Shown one piece after another: positions 69,886 through 81,828 of a stretch of 248,000 nt of DNA. Every line of letters starts with the position of its first letter. Positions within the stretch are counted from its first letter, which is position 1. Origin of the DNA: Hyalangium minutum (lineage in GTDB: Bacteria; Myxococcota; Myxococcia; Myxococcales; Myxococcaceae); NCBI RefSeq assembly GCF_000737315.1, contig NZ_JMCB01000005.1:20001-268000 (forward strand). The letters are read 5' to 3'. A program made the position numbers and the translations under genes. The notes beneath the pieces are model-generated. The model was not told the DNA's origin and ran no database searches. It was given only the letters and a program-made list of their open reading frames with translations.

Positions 69886-72800
69886 GTGCCGTTCTTCAAC
69901 CCTTGGAGGTGTGTCCTGAGAGTTCCATTTCGTTTCCCGTTACGGGTGCGCCCGCTGGCGCTGAGCGCGCTGCTGGCCACCGCCGCTGCTCCGCTGACCG
70001 CCGTGGCAGCTCCCAACTCCGTGACCGTCATCGGTGACTTCCAGAGCCAAGCCGGATGTACGGCCAACAATGATCCCACGTGTGCCGCGACCCAGCTCAC
70101 GCTCGAGCAGGCCGACGGCGTATGGCAGGGCAGCTTCGCGGTCCCGGCTGGTACCTGGCACTACAAGGTCGCCCTCGACGGCGCGCTGACGGAGACGTAC
70201 CCCTCGGCGGAGCTGACGCTCACGAAGGCCGCCGCCGGGACGGTGAAGTTCTACTATGACCCCAACACCCACTACGTCCGCGACAACGTGGCGACGATCG
70301 CAGTGGCTCCTGGCAACTTCCAAGGAGAGCTGGGCTGTCCCCTGCTGCCTCCCGACAACAATGGCGACTGGCAGCCGGACTGCCTCAAGTCCTGGCTCCA
70401 GGACCCAGATGGGGACGGCACCTTCACGCTGACGACCACGGCCATTCCGCCCGGCTCGTATGAGGGCAAGGTGGCCATCAACGAGAGCTGGGACGAGAAC
70501 TATGGCCAGAATGGCGTCCGAAACGGTCCCAACATCGGATTCACCGTGACCCAGGCCGGCGAGGAGGTGGTGTTCTCCTGGAACTCCACGAGCAAGAAGG
70601 CAACGATTCGCCCGGCGAACGCGGCATCAGGTGACATCCTCCTGGCGCGGGCGCACTGGGTGGCTCCGGACACGCTGGCGTGGAGCCCGCAGGCCGAGAC
70701 GATCCCCACGGACGCGGTCTTCCGGCTGCACTCCGAGCCGGAGGGTGCCATGCGCCTGACGGACACGGGCATCCAGGGTGGTACCGCCATCATGCTCACG
70801 CAGGACACGGCGGGCCTGAGCGACGCGCTCAAGGCGCGCTTCCCGCACCTGGCCACGGCCCTGGCGCTGAAGATCCCCTCAGGGGAGCAGTCCAAGGTGG
70901 CGGCGCTCCTCAAGGGGCAGCTTGTCGTGTCGGTCAGCTCGAGCGCGGGCAAGGTGCTGGATGCCACCTCTGTGCAGCTCGCGGGCGCGCTCGACGCGCT
71001 TTACACGTACACGGGGACGCTGGGGCCGACGTTTGACGCGGGGGTGCCTACGCTGCGCGTCTGGGCTCCCACGGCGCGCAAGGTGTCGCTGCTGATCTTC
71101 GACTCGTCCACCGCAGCGGATCCGTCCGAGACGATCGCGATGGAGGCGGGAGACAAAGGCGTGTGGTCCGCCACCGGCACCGCCGCGTGGACGGGCAAGT
71201 ACTACCTCTATGAGGTGGAGGTCTACGTCCGCAAGGAGCAGGCGGTGAAGGTCAACCGCGTCACGGATCCGTACTCGGTGAGCCTCTCCACCAACAGCGC
71301 GCGCAGCCAGATCATCGACCTGAATGCCGCGGCCCTGGCCCCCACGGACTGGAGCGCGCTGGAGAAGCCCACGCTGGCGGCCCCCGAGGACATCGTCCTG
71401 TACGAGCTGCACGTGCGCGACTTCAGCATCAACGACGGCACCGTTCCGGAGGCGGACCGGGGCACCTTCAAGGCGTTCACCCACGACTCCAACGGCACCA
71501 AGCACCTGAAGAAGCTGGCCGACGCGGGCGTGACGCACGTGCACCTGCTGCCGGTGTTCGACATCGCCACCATCAACGAGAACCGCGCCGAGCAGGCCCT
71601 GCCGGCCGGAGACCTGGCGTCGATGCCGCCGGACTCGGAGCAGCAGCAGGCCGCGGTGGCCGCGGTGAAGGACGCGGACGGCTTCAACTGGGGCTATGAC
71701 CCGTATCACTACACCGTTCCCGAGGGCAGCTACTCGACCCACCCGGACGGCACCACCCGCATCCTCGAGTTCCGCGAGATGGTGCAGGCCGTCAACCAGC
71801 GCGGCCTGCGCGTGGTGATGGACGTGGTCTACAACCACACCAACTCGGCCGGGCAGGACTCGAAGTCGGTGCTGGATCGGATCGTCCCCGGCTACTACCA
71901 CCGGCTCAACGGCGACGGGAACGTGGAGACCTCCACGTGCTGCCAGAACACCGCCACCGAGAACGCCATGATGGAGAAGCTCATGGTGGACTCGCTGGTG
72001 ACCTGGGCCAAGCAGTACAAGGTGGACGGCTTCCGCTTCGACCTGATGGGCCACCACATGAAGTCCAACATGCTCAAGGTGCGCGCGGCGCTGGATTCGC
72101 TCACCGTGGCCAGGGACGGCGTGGACGGCAAGGCCATCTACGTCTACGGCGAGGGCTGGAACTTCGGCGAGGTGGCCAACAACGCCCGCGGCGTGAACGC
72201 CACGCAGCTCAACATGCCCGGCACGGGCATTGGCACCTTCAGCGATCGGCTCCGCGATGCGGCGCGCGGCGGTGGCCCGTTCAGCGGGCTGCAGGAGCAG
72301 GGCTTCATCAGCGGCCTCTTCTATGAACCGAACAGCACCCACCAGGGCACGGCGGACCAGCAGAAGACGCTGCTGCTGCAGCACATGGACCGCATCCGCG
72401 TGGGGCTGGCGGGCAACCTCCGGGACTACACGTTCACCGACGTGCAGGGCGCCAAGGTGAAGGGCTCGGATGTGAAGTACGGCGGTGACCCCGCGGGCTA
72501 CACGCTGGATCCGCAGGAGGTCATCACCTACGTGTCCGCCCACGACAACGAGACGTTGTTCGACGCGGTGCAGATGAAGGCCCCGCGCAACGCGAGCATG
72601 GAAGTGCGGGTGCGCATGCACAACATGGGCATCAGCCTGGTGGCGCTGGGCCAGGGCATCCCGTTCTTCCACGCGGGCGACGAGATCCTCCGCTCCAAGT
72701 CGCTGGACCGCAACAGCTTCAACTCGGGCGACTGGTTCAACAAGATCGACTGGACCTACCAGTCCAACAACTGGGGCGTGGGCCTGCCTCCGGCCGGTGA

Positions 72801-73398
72801 CAACCAGAGCAACTGGCCGGTGATGAAGGAGCTGCTCGGCGATCCGGCGCTCAAGGCGTCGCCGGCGCACATCTCCAGCGCCCTGGCTCACTTCCTGGAG
72901 GTCATCCGCATCCGCAAGAGCTCCCCGCTGTTCCGGCTCCGGACGGGCGCGGAGATCCAGCAGCAGGTGACGTTCGAGAACACCGGGCCGAACCAGATCC
73001 CCGGCCTCATCGTGATGCACATTGAGGACGACCGGTACGCGCTGGCAGGAGCAACCACCGACGCGGTGGTGCTCTTCAACGCGAGCGATGAGCAGCAGCG
73101 CTTCGCGTCGGACACCTTCAAGGATGTGGCGTTCGAGCTGCACCCGGTGCTCAAGGAGTCCGCTGACGCCGCAGCCCGTACGTCCTCGTTCGAGGCCAGC
73201 TCCGGCACGTTCACCGTGCCGGCGCGCACCACGGCGGTGTTCATGGCCAAGCGGGCCGCGCCCATTCCCAAGGGCCCTGGGGACACTGGCACCGATGACA
73301 GCTGTGGCTGCTCGGGTGGCGGGAGCGCGGCGTTCAGCGCCTTCGGCCTGCTGCTCGGCCTGAGCGCGCTGCGGCGGTCGCGCCGCCGCGAGTCGTAA
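69886..73398 (+). CDS. pulA: Pullulanase-type alpha-1,6-glucosidase with MYXO-CTERM (start uncertain)
   Basis: [27 protein letters not shown]; C-terminal GC-TM-RR. Confidence 0.9.
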   Translation: MPFFNPWRCVLRVPFRFPLRVRPLALSALLATAAAPLTAVAAPNSVTVIGDFQSQAGCTANNDPTCAATQLTLEQADGVWQGSFAVPAGTWHYKVALDGALTETYPSAELTLTKAAAGTVKFYYDPNTHYVRDNVATIAVAPGNFQGELGCPLLPPDNNGDWQPDCLKSWLQDPDGDGTFTLTTTAIPPGSYEGKVAINESWDENYGQNGVRNGPNIGFTVTQAGEEVVFSWNSTSKKATIRPANAASGDILLARAHWVAPDTLAWSPQAETIPTDAVFRLHSEPEGAMRLTDTGIQGGTAIMLTQDTAGLSDALKARFPHLATALALKIPSGEQSKVAALLKGQLVVSVSSSAGKVLDATSVQLAGALDALYTYTGTLGPTFDAGVPTLRVWAPTARKVSLLIFDSSTAADPSETIAMEAGDKGVWSATGTAAWTGKYYLYEVEVYVRKEQAVKVNRVTDPYSVSLSTNSARSQIIDLNAAALAPTDWSALEKPTLAAPEDIVLYELHVRDFSINDGTVPEADRGTFKAFTHDSNGTKHLKKLADAGVTHVHLLPVFDIATINENRAEQALPAGDLASMPPDSEQQQAAVAAVKDADGFNWGYDPYHYTVPEGSYSTHPDGTTRILEFREMVQAVNQRGLRVVMDVVYNHTNSAGQDSKSVLDRIVPGYYHRLNGDGNVETSTCCQNTATENAMMEKLMVDSLVTWAKQYKVDGFRFDLMGHHMKSNMLKVRAALDSLTVARDGVDGKAIYVYGEGWNFGEVANNARGVNATQLNMPGTGIGTFSDRLRDAARGGGPFSGLQEQGFISGLFYEPNSTHQGTADQQKTLLLQHMDRIRVGLAGNLRDYTFTDVQGAKVKGSDVKYGGDPAGYTLDPQEVITYVSAHDNETLFDAVQMKAPRNASMEVRVRMHNMGISLVALGQGIPFFHAGDEILRSKSLDRNSFNSGDWFNKIDWTYQSNNWGVGLPPAGDNQSNWPVMKELLGDPALKASPAHISSALAHFLEVIRIRKSSPLFRLRTGAEIQQQVTFENTGPNQIPGLIVMHIEDDRYALAGATTDAVVLFNASDEQQRFASDTFKDVAFELHPVLKESADAAARTSSFEASSGTFTVPARTTAVFMAKRAAPIPKGPGDTGTDDSCGCSGGGSAAFSAFGLLLGLSALRRSRRRES

Positions 73399-73535
73399 GC
73401 TTCACCCTCGGCTGGCGCCCTGCTCGCACGCAGGGCAGGGCGCCAGTGTTGTGAGCGGCCAGGGTGGCTGGGTGGGCGGGTGAGACGCGGACGCGCTATC
73501 GTCCGGTGACTCCCCGGCCTCGAGACCTCTACCGC

Positions 73536-74828
73536 ATGGACGCGTCCCCCCGCTTCGCGAAGAGAGTGTTGGACTTTCGCTGCCTCGCTGATCGCTGCGA
73601 GGACACGTGCTGCGTGGGGCTCCGTGTCCCCGTGACGGAGGAGCGCCTGTGGCAGCTGCGCACCGGTGTGAAGGGGAGCCCGGACGAGGCGCACGTAGAG
73701 TCGCTCCTGGAGGAGAACCCCGAGGGCCCTCCCTCCGAGCGAGCGTTCATCAAGATGCAGCCAGATGGGCGCTGCCCGTTCCTCGACACCGAGAAGCTCT
73801 GCTCCCTCCAGCGCCGGCATGGAGAGAAGGTCCTCCCGGATCCTTGCGTCACCTTCCCGCGCATCGTCTGGCGGTGGAATGAGCAGGTGGAGGTGGCGGG
73901 CTCACTGGCGTGTCCGGAGATGGCGCGGCTCCTGCTCCTGGAGGAAGGCGCGCTGGAGCAGGTTCCCGGACCGCTGGAGCAGGTGCCGCGCTTGGAGGCG
74001 GCCCGATCGCTTCCGGGTGAGTCCGGGGATGCTTATGTCGTTCACGCCCAGGCCATTCGCGCCGCCGCGCTGAAGCTCCTGCACCGGCGGGAGTTTCCGC
74101 TCGCCACGCGGCTCATGTTCCTGGGCCAGCTGGCGTTCCGCTTGGACTCCGTCTTCCGGGGCGCGGAGCCTGTCTCGGGCACCGAGGCGGAGCGGGACGA
74201 GGTGGTGCAGGTCCTGCTCCAGTCCGTCGACTCTCCCGAAGCGCTGGAGGCGATGCATCAGGAGTTCCTGTCGCTGCAGGTGCCGGGAGCACCGTGTGCC
74301 GGGCTGCTGGCCTCATTGCTGAAGTCTCGGGCCTCCGTGGCCCGCGGCGACCGCTTCGGACCCTTCGTCCACAGTGTACTGAAGTCCCTCTGGGGCTCCG
74401 AGCAGGCCGAGGGCGATTCGGAGGGCGCCTGGCGCGAGTACTCCGCGCGCTGGCAGCAGCTGCAGGCGGCGCATGGGGCCCGGGTCGAGCAGTACTTCCT
74501 CAACTACGGCCTTGCGCAGTGGCTCCGCTCTCCCTTCCTGGAACTGCCGAGCCTGCTCGCATATGTGTTCCGTCTGGTGATGCGTGTGGCGACGCTGCGG
74601 CTGGCGTTGGTGGGGCACCCAGACGTGGCTGCCCTCTGCGCGATGGAGCAGGGCGCTGCTCCCGAAGACGCTCAGGCCGTGCTGGATCGGGCGGCCATCG
74701 ATTGCTTCTACCTCGTCGCCCGCCACGTAGAGCAGGCGCCGGATGTGCTCGCGCTCGTGCGGCAGCTCGCGGGCGCGGGTGGGGCGGAGACGCTGGGCAA
74801 GACGCTCATCTTTGCCCAGTTCTGCTGA
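73536..74828 (+). CDS. FliB-like (flagellin lysine-N-methylase family) protein
   Basis: FRC...CEDTCC, CPFL...CSLQ...C..FPR, LACPE. Confidence 0.72.
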   Translation: MDASPRFAKRVLDFRCLADRCEDTCCVGLRVPVTEERLWQLRTGVKGSPDEAHVESLLEENPEGPPSERAFIKMQPDGRCPFLDTEKLCSLQRRHGEKVLPDPCVTFPRIVWRWNEQVEVAGSLACPEMARLLLLEEGALEQVPGPLEQVPRLEAARSLPGESGDAYVVHAQAIRAAALKLLHRREFPLATRLMFLGQLAFRLDSVFRGAEPVSGTEAERDEVVQVLLQSVDSPEALEAMHQEFLSLQVPGAPCAGLLASLLKSRASVARGDRFGPFVHSVLKSLWGSEQAEGDSEGAWREYSARWQQLQAAHGARVEQYFLNYGLAQWLRSPFLELPSLLAYVFRLVMRVATLRLALVGHPDVAALCAMEQGAAPEDAQAVLDRAAIDCFYLVARHVEQAPDVLALVRQLAGAGGAETLGKTLIFAQFC

Positions 74829-74831
74829 GCG

Positions 74832-76583
74832 CTACTTCCCGCCGTCCTTCGGTGTCCCCGCGTCGGGCGTGTCCGCCTGGGGTTCGGGGACGTTCGCGCC
74901 GGACAGCTCCTTCGGGTCGCGCATGAACTTCCACGCGGTGTTCTCGACACCCGGCTCGCTCATGCCCGTGAGCAGCGCGGCCGCTTTCACGGTCCGCTCC
75001 TTGAGCGCCGTCTCGCCCAGCTCATGGTGAATCTTCGTGAGCGCGATGTGGACCTCGGGGTCGAACGGGTTCGTGGACAGCGCCTCCATGTACGCGACCT
75101 TCGCCTTCAGCCAGTCCTTGCGGAACAAGAGGATGCGGCCCAGGTGCACGTTGGTGCCCGGCAGGCCCGGGTACACCCGCAGCGAGCCGCGCAGCACCGC
75201 CTCGGCCTCGTCCAGCCGCCGCAGCTCCAGCAGCGTCAGCGCATACTTGTTCGAGATGGACTCGTACTTGTCGCCCACCATGGTGTAGGCCTTCGAGTAC
75301 TCCGCCGCCGCGGCCTTCACCCGGTTGCGCTCGCGCAGCAGCTCGCCCAGGTGCGCCAGCTTGCGCGCCGGAATCTCCTGTACCTCCGCGAAGTCTCCGA
75401 AGGAGATCTCCCGGCCCTTCTTCGCGTCGTCCTTGTCCTGGCCCTTGGCGTCCTCCTTGAGGACCACCTCTTGTTGCGGCAGCAGCTCCTTGGGGAACGG
75501 CTGCTTCTTGATGTGGGCCAGCCAGGCCTTCTCGAAGAGGCCGAAGGGCATGCCTACCGCCGCCTCCACCGCCTTCTTGTCCGTCTGCCCGTTGCGCAGC
75601 TCCTGGATGATGGTGCGCAGGCCCGCCGTGCCCTTCGTGGCCAGCACGTAGTCCACCACGTAGAAGACCTCGGCGAACGCCAGGCCCGCGTCCTCCGCCG
75701 TGGGCAGCATGGCGATGGACGGGTGCATCTTCTCGAAAGGCACCAGCGTGTTGGCCTTCATCCGGCGCCCCAGCAGCGCCAGCGCGGAGGGGTTCAGCCC
75801 CAGCCCGCCTTGGCCACGCCAGCGGGACTCGAGGAACTTGGCCATGCCCTCGTGCAGCCAGATGGGCACGTTGTTGCGGCTGCTCTGGCTGATGACGAGG
75901 TGCACGTACTCGTGCGCCAGCGTGTCCTGCCAGTCGTAGCCGCGCGCCACCGCCTTGGGGCTCGTCACCATGAGCTTGTTGAACTTGCACATGGCGATGG
76001 TGCCCGTCGTCTGGATCTGCTCGTACGAGAGCGTGCTGATCTTCGACAGCTCGCGCGCGTTGTTCACCACCTCCACGCGCACCTTGCCGCCCGGTGGCGT
76101 CCACCCCAGGTCCTCCTGCATGGCCCGGTAGATGGCCTCCAGCGTCTCCATCGCGTAGGGCACCAGAACCTCTTCCTTGCCCGCCGGGTACAGGAAGATG
76201 AAGTGCTCGCTCTCCACCCTCTGGTGGCGCTTGGTGATGTTGGCGGTGTCCTTGGCCAGCCGGAGGTAGCTGCTCGGCTTGTCCTCCACGCCGGCTTTTG
76301 TCAGCAGGTCCACCGCCTCGGAGTAGCGGCCCTCCTCGAAGGCGAGCCGGCCCTGGTAGTAGATCAGCGCCTCGCTGCCCTCCGGCACGATCTTCTCCAG
76401 CTCCACCAGCGCACGCCGGGCGGACACCAGATCCCACCCGTCGATGCCGGCCTCCAGCTCCGCCAGGCGGGCCTTGGCCTCGCTGCGGACATCCTCGTCC
76501 TGGGCGCGGGCCGGCGCGGCCGTCACCAGCAGCGACAGCAGCCCGAGCGTCAGCAGTGCGTTCCGCGGATGACGGCGGCTCAC
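74832..76583 (-). CDS. Peptidase MA family metallohydrolase with TPRs
   Basis: HEYVH...WLHEG. Confidence 0.8.
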   Translation of the reverse strand: MSRRHPRNALLTLGLLSLLVTAAPARAQDEDVRSEAKARLAELEAGIDGWDLVSARRALVELEKIVPEGSEALIYYQGRLAFEEGRYSEAVDLLTKAGVEDKPSSYLRLAKDTANITKRHQRVESEHFIFLYPAGKEEVLVPYAMETLEAIYRAMQEDLGWTPPGGKVRVEVVNNARELSKISTLSYEQIQTTGTIAMCKFNKLMVTSPKAVARGYDWQDTLAHEYVHLVISQSSRNNVPIWLHEGMAKFLESRWRGQGGLGLNPSALALLGRRMKANTLVPFEKMHPSIAMLPTAEDAGLAFAEVFYVVDYVLATKGTAGLRTIIQELRNGQTDKKAVEAAVGMPFGLFEKAWLAHIKKQPFPKELLPQQEVVLKEDAKGQDKDDAKKGREISFGDFAEVQEIPARKLAHLGELLRERNRVKAAAAEYSKAYTMVGDKYESISNKYALTLLELRRLDEAEAVLRGSLRVYPGLPGTNVHLGRILLFRKDWLKAKVAYMEALSTNPFDPEVHIALTKIHHELGETALKERTVKAAALLTGMSEPGVENTAWKFMRDPKELSGANVPEPQADTPDAGTPKDGGK

Positions 76584-79500
76584 TTCACCAGCTCCTCGTA
76601 GTAGCGCTTCACCTGCTCCTTGTAACGCTCCGGAGCGCCCTGCTTCATCGCGTCCAGCAGGTCCTTGCGGAACTCCTTGGGCGCCTGGAAGGCGTCCTCA
76701 TCCGGCAGCTCGACCTTCTCGCGTGGATCCATGCCATTGCCATCGCGCCGGCCGCCCATGCCCATCGGCAGCGGCAGGCCGCCCTGGCCCTGGCCCTTCT
76801 GGCTCTCCTTCATCTGCTGCTGGAAGCGCTTGAGGCCCTCGAGCGCCATCTGCTGCTGCCCGTAGCCACGGCCCGGATCCTGGCCGCCCATGCGCTGCGC
76901 GGCCTCGCCCATGCGCTGGCCCACCTCGTCCATCTGGTTGCCGGACTCCTGGCCGAACACCGGCGCCAGCTGCTGCATCTCCTCCATCTGCTGGCGCAGG
77001 CCCTGGGCGCGCTGCTCCAGCTGCTGCTGCTGCTCGGAGAGCTTCTGCAGTTGCTGGCGCTCCTGCGGGCTGAGCTGCGAGCCCGGCTCCGGGAAGAGCG
77101 ACTGGAGCTTCTGGCTGACCTCCTGCATCGTCTTCGCGTCCTTCTGGAGCTTCTGGGCCAGCTGCGCCGACTGCTCGCGCACCTCCTCCGGGTTGCCGAA
77201 CATCTCGTCCAGCTTGCGCTGGTGCTCGCCCATGGCGGAGAGCTGATCGGCCATGTCCTGGGTGCGCTGGGCCGCATCGGACGCGAGGTCATACGCGTCC
77301 GCCTTGAGGGCGTTCTCCAGGTTCTCCAGCTCGGACTGGGCCTCGGCCAGAGGGGCCGCCGCGCGGCTGTTGAGCTGCTCCGGCTTGAGCTCCTGGTAGT
77401 CCTTCTGCACCTGCTGCACCTGGCGCATCAGCTCGTCCTTGAGGGCCTTGCCCTTCTCGCTCAAGCGCTCCCGGTTCTGCGAGCGCGCCTGGTCGCGCAG
77501 GGCCTTGGTGGCGTCCGCCACCTGCTGCTGCTCCTGGAGCGTCTTGTCCAGGTCCTTCATGAAGTCGCCGAACTTCTGCGCCAGCTCTGGGTACTGCTCG
77601 CCGCCCAGCTCGCCCTGCGCCTTGTTCAGGTTCTCCATCATCTTGTCCATCTGCATGGAGAGCTCCTGGAGCTTGGCAAGCGCCTCGTCCGCCTTGCCCT
77701 CGCGCATCAGCTTCTCCACCTCGTCCAAGCCGCTGGAGACGTCCTGGTCCTTCATCATCTCGGCCATGGCCTCGGCGTTGAAGTGCTCGTCGCGGATGCC
77801 CTTGCGCAGCTCGGCCATGCGCTGCATCAGCTCGTTGATGCGTTGGCGCAGCTGCGTAATCTGCTCGAGGATCTGCTGCCGGGCCGCGTCGCTGGGCGTG
77901 GCCTTGTACTGCTCGATGAGCGAGGCCAGATCCCTGCGCTGCTCCGCCAGCTCCTTGGCCATCTCCTGCAGCGCCTCGAGCTTCTGCCGGTCCAGCAGGG
78001 ACTCCAGATAGAGGACGTCCTTCTCCGTCTCGGCAATCTCGTCGTTCACCGCAGCCGTGAGCCGGGTGCCCGTGCCCCAGTCCTCGCCGCGCAGCCGCTG
78101 GGTGCGCAGGTACAGGCGCCGGAAGTCCGCGGTGGCCGACAGCTTGCGGCCCAGCCCATCCGCGATGTTCAGCAGCGCGCCCACAAGGTCTCTGGGCACA
78201 TCCCGCTCGCGCGCCAGCTCCTGGGCCAGAGCGCGCATGTCCGCGACGAGCTGCTGGCCACTGGTGTCCACGGCCTGCCCGGAGGTGACGCTCTCCGCCG
78301 TCTTCTCCTTGGCGGTGTCCGAGCCCTCCAGCCGGTCCGCGAGGTGATCCACCAGCCGGCCCCAGAGTGCCTCGGCCTTCTGGAGCGCGGCGCGGCGGTG
78401 CTCGGCGGCGCTGTAGATGCGCAGCACCTGGGTGCGGCTCAGGCCCTTCTTGGGGCCCTCCACCGCGTCATTGTCCCGGGCCTCGATGTTGTAGGTGATG
78501 CGGTCGCCGGGCTTCAGGGGGAAGCGGCTCAGGTCCCACGTGTACGTGCCCTTGTTGCGGCGGCCGTCCTCGCGCGGCAGCGGCACGCGCGTCTCCTGCT
78601 GCGAGCCCGGCGTGCGGAACACCAGTGCCAGCTCGCTCAGGCCGTAGTCATCCGTGGCCTCGTACTTGAGGACCACCTGCTGGCCCGGATCCACCTCCAG
78701 CTCCGTGGCGGGCGACAGCAGCGTGGCCTGGGGCGGCGCATCCGCCTCCACATTGAGGGTGATCTCCGGCCCGATGACGTCCGCCTTCTCTCCCTTCTCC
78801 GTGGAGAAGGCGAAGCGGTAGGTGCCGCTCTTCTTCGTCACGAAGGAGCCGCTCAGCTCTCGGCGGCCCTCCACCTTGAGGGGCAGGGGCTCGCCGTTGA
78901 CGATGATCTCGGCCTGCTCGACTTCCCGGTCCGAGCGCGTCTTGAGGAGCACCTCGGTGCCCGCGGGCGCGCTGATCTCTCCGTTGGTGCCCGCCACCGT
79001 GCGCGGGGCGAGCCCCGTGTAGGCCGGGTAACGGTACGTCAGCTCGATGTCTCCGGTGATGGGCTCGGCCTTGGCGGTGGACTGGGCCACGGCGCTGGTC
79101 TCCCACGCCTTGGCCACGCCCGCGCGCCAGCGGCCGCCGGACAGCACCAGTGTCACCGCCACCGCGAGCACCAGCGCGCCCAGCACCTGCGCCAGCCGCC
79201 GCACGCGCTGGCCATCCACGATGGTGGCCGGATCCACGTACTGGGCCCGCCAGTCCATCTGTCCGAGGAACGCGGCGACGAGGCTGTGCGAGTGCTGCGC
79301 CGCACCGGCCTCGCGCGACAGCTCCACCGCGGCGAGCACATCCAGGGACAGCTCGGGCTTGCGCTCGCCGATGAGCCGCGCGGTGCGGACGTCATCGCCC
79401 ACCATCTTCCGGGACAGGAGGATGCCCAGCGCACAAGCCACGCCGATGCCCACCAGCGGGGCGAGGATCAGCACCCACCGGCCGAGCGCGGGAGCCACGA

Positions 79501-79723
79501 GCCCGAGGAAGCCGCCGCCCAGGCCGAGCAGCAGCAAGGCCATGGCGCCGAGCATGCCGCCCTCGAGCCAGAGCTGGCGCCGCTGGCGGGCGCGCACGGC
79601 AGCGAGCAGGGCCTCCACCTGGCGGGCGCGTGGACGCGGCCGGGCCTCGGCGGCGGGCGCCGGAGGAGGCGGAGGGGGAGGGGGAAGCTCCGAGTCTGGG
79701 GGCTGCGGGGTTTCGAGGTTCAC
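76580..79723 (-). CDS. DUF4175-like membrane/coiled-coil protein
   Basis: YRYPAYTG, ATDDYGL, Gln-rich coiled coil, YYEEL. Confidence 0.8.
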   Translation of the reverse strand: MNLETPQPPDSELPPPPPPPPAPAAEARPRPRARQVEALLAAVRARQRRQLWLEGGMLGAMALLLLGLGGGFLGLVAPALGRWVLILAPLVGIGVACALGILLSRKMVGDDVRTARLIGERKPELSLDVLAAVELSREAGAAQHSHSLVAAFLGQMDWRAQYVDPATIVDGQRVRRLAQVLGALVLAVAVTLVLSGGRWRAGVAKAWETSAVAQSTAKAEPITGDIELTYRYPAYTGLAPRTVAGTNGEISAPAGTEVLLKTRSDREVEQAEIIVNGEPLPLKVEGRRELSGSFVTKKSGTYRFAFSTEKGEKADVIGPEITLNVEADAPPQATLLSPATELEVDPGQQVVLKYEATDDYGLSELALVFRTPGSQQETRVPLPREDGRRNKGTYTWDLSRFPLKPGDRITYNIEARDNDAVEGPKKGLSRTQVLRIYSAAEHRRAALQKAEALWGRLVDHLADRLEGSDTAKEKTAESVTSGQAVDTSGQQLVADMRALAQELARERDVPRDLVGALLNIADGLGRKLSATADFRRLYLRTQRLRGEDWGTGTRLTAAVNDEIAETEKDVLYLESLLDRQKLEALQEMAKELAEQRRDLASLIEQYKATPSDAARQQILEQITQLRQRINELMQRMAELRKGIRDEHFNAEAMAEMMKDQDVSSGLDEVEKLMREGKADEALAKLQELSMQMDKMMENLNKAQGELGGEQYPELAQKFGDFMKDLDKTLQEQQQVADATKALRDQARSQNRERLSEKGKALKDELMRQVQQVQKDYQELKPEQLNSRAAAPLAEAQSELENLENALKADAYDLASDAAQRTQDMADQLSAMGEHQRKLDEMFGNPEEVREQSAQLAQKLQKDAKTMQEVSQKLQSLFPEPGSQLSPQERQQLQKLSEQQQQLEQRAQGLRQQMEEMQQLAPVFGQESGNQMDEVGQRMGEAAQRMGGQDPGRGYGQQQMALEGLKRFQQQMKESQKGQGQGGLPLPMGMGGRRDGNGMDPREKVELPDEDAFQAPKEFRKDLLDAMKQGAPERYKEQVKRYYEELVK

Positions 79724-79877
79724 AATCTCGTCCGCTCAGTGGCGAGGCAACCCGCGGGTGGGCCGCCTATTTCCCAATTCTGTAGCAACCTCCTCCCGCG
79801 CGCGCGTCCCTTTGGGGCGGCGGGGCCAGGGAGGAGGAGGGCTCTGTCCGGCGGCGGATGGCCGGGAGAGCGAGCGT

Positions 79878-80459
79878 TCAGCGGGCGTCAGTCGAGCGCC
79901 GGGCCGCTTCATCCGTCGGCGGGTCGGCCGCGGTGGGGATTCCCCCCAGCTCTTCGGCCAGCGCGGTGAGGACGTCCTGGGTATGGGTGATGCGCGTGCG
80001 GGTCATCTTGGAGAGCGCCCGCTGCACGGCGGCCTCCACCGTCCCTGTCGAGGGCACGTCCAGGGTCCGTCCCGCATCGGTGAGGGCGAACAGCGCCTTG
80101 CGCCCATCGAGCGGATCCGACTTGCGCTCCAGCAGGCCGCGCTTCTCCAGGCGCTTGAGCACGCCGGTGAGGGTGCTGGGGTGCACATGGAGGATCTGCG
80201 CGAGGTTGCCGGCAGTGATGCCCGGGAAGCGGCCCACGAGGCGCAGCACCAGGCGCTGCGGGCCGGTGATACCGAGCGCGGACTCCATGCGCTTGGACGT
80301 GGACTGGAGGCCATGATCCACAGCCCACAGCAGGCGCATGAACTCGAGAACCTCACCCAGCTGGGGTCCCCGTGCCTTCTCCGGCTGTGTCGCCAATGGG
80401 GGTGTTTCTTGCTCTAGCTCGTCCACGGTCTCTTTCAACTTCGCCTCCAAGTCGCCCAC
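79878..80459 (-). CDS. MarR family regulator
   Basis: ITGPQRLVL, STLTGVLKRL. Confidence 0.85.
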   Translation of the reverse strand: MGDLEAKLKETVDELEQETPPLATQPEKARGPQLGEVLEFMRLLWAVDHGLQSTSKRMESALGITGPQRLVLRLVGRFPGITAGNLAQILHVHPSTLTGVLKRLEKRGLLERKSDPLDGRKALFALTDAGRTLDVPSTGTVEAAVQRALSKMTRTRITHTQDVLTALAEELGGIPTAADPPTDEAARRSTDAR

Positions 80460-80688
80460 CCCACAGTTCTAGCGCTCTTCCACAGTTTCCACAGCGGAGG
80501 AGTACTTGGGCCCCCAAGAAGGGCCAGCCAGGAGGCAGCCAGCCGTGCCACCTGGGGGGGCGGCTGGCCGTGGGCCCGCATGCTACCCCTGATGTCTCCC
80601 TGTGAGGCAGTGTGCCGCATTGTGTCACAGGTGAGAGAACCTTGCCTGGCGGGAGGGGGAGCGGGCAACCCCTGGAGTTTCCAGGGGT

Positions 80689-81828
80689 TCAGGCGCTGGC
80701 CGATTGAGCGGGGGAGGGCGTGGCTGCGGCGCGGAGGTGGACCCAGAAGCGGGTGCCCTGGCCGGGTTGGCTCTCCACGCCGATGCGGCCGCCCATCTCG
80801 GTCACGAGGCGGCGGCAGATGAAGAGTCCCAGCCCGGTGCCCTCGCCCAGGGGCTTGGTGGTGAAGAACGGCTCGAAGATGCGCTCGTGCAGCTCCGCAG
80901 GGATTCCAGGCCCGGTGTCGCGGATCTCCACGCGCACGGTGTCGGGCAGGGAGCGCCGGGTGACGACGTGGATGGCGTGCTCGTGGCTGCTGCCTTCAGG
81001 GAGGGCCTGCGCGGCATTGATGACGAGGTTGAGGAAGATCTGCGCCAGTCGGGCCTCGCTGCCGTGGACGGTGGAGGCCTCGCCGTAGTCCTTGATGAGC
81101 TGGGCGCGGGGGAAGACCTGGTTCCACGCCATGCGGAGGGCGGAGTCCAGCACGCGGTGCAGATCCGTGGGACCGAGCGGCTGGGCCTCGGGCCGGGCGA
81201 AGACCTTGATGTCGCGGATGATCTCCTGGATGTGCTGGGCGCACTCGGAGGCGTTGCGCAGGGCCTGGACGTCATCCTCCTGCAGGGACCGCTCGCGGGC
81301 GGAGTTCAGGGTGAAGTCCAGGTTCATCATCAGCGAGGAGAGCGGGTTGTTGATCTCGTGGGCCACGCCCGCGGCGAGCAGGCCCAGCGCTGCGAGCCGG
81401 TCCGAGAGCAGGAGCCGCTCCTGCATCCGGCGGCGCTCGGCGCGGACCTCGGCCTCGCGCAGCTCGCGGGCCAGGGCGGGGCCCAGGCGCGCCAGCCGAT
81501 CCTTGAAGAGGAAGTCATGGACGCCGCTCTTCATGGCTTCCACGGCGGTGTCCTCGCCCACAGCGCCGGACACGATGAGGAAGGGCAGGTCGAGCCCGCG
81601 CTCCTTCACGAGCGGAAGCGCCGCCAGCCCGTTGAAGCCCGGGAGGACATAGTCGGAGATGATCGCGTCCCACGGTCCTTCATTCAGGGCGCGCTCAATC
81701 TCCTCGAGCGATTCGACGCGGGTAAGGGATGGCTCATAGCCACAGCTCCGAAGTTCCGAGAGCAGCAGGAGCTCATCATCCTCGGAGTCTTCGATGAGGA
81801 GCAGGCGCAACGGCTGGCCACCACCCAT
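80689..81828 (-). CDS. Response regulator-histidine kinase hybrid
   Basis: LLIEDS, SDY, HEINNPL, FFTTK. Confidence 0.88.
   Translation of the reverse strand: MGGGQPLRLLLIEDSEDDELLLLSELRSCGYEPSLTRVESLEEIERALNEGPWDAIISDYVLPGFNGLAALPLVKERGLDLPFLIVSGAVGEDTAVEAMKSGVHDFLFKDRLARLGPALARELREAEVRAERRRMQERLLLSDRLAALGLLAAGVAHEINNPLSSLMMNLDFTLNSARERSLQEDDVQALRNASECAQHIQEIIRDIKVFARPEAQPLGPTDLHRVLDSALRMAWNQVFPRAQLIKDYGEASTVHGSEARLAQIFLNLVINAAQALPEGSSHEHAIHVVTRRSLPDTVRVEIRDTGPGIPAELHERIFEPFFTTKPLGEGTGLGLFICRRLVTEMGGRIGVESQPGQGTRFWVHLRAAATPSPAQSASA

Noticed and set aside
80460-80496. Three CCACAG repeats resembling DnaA boxes
   Set aside because: Each deviates from TTWTNCACA; no other oriC features; more likely a local regulator site
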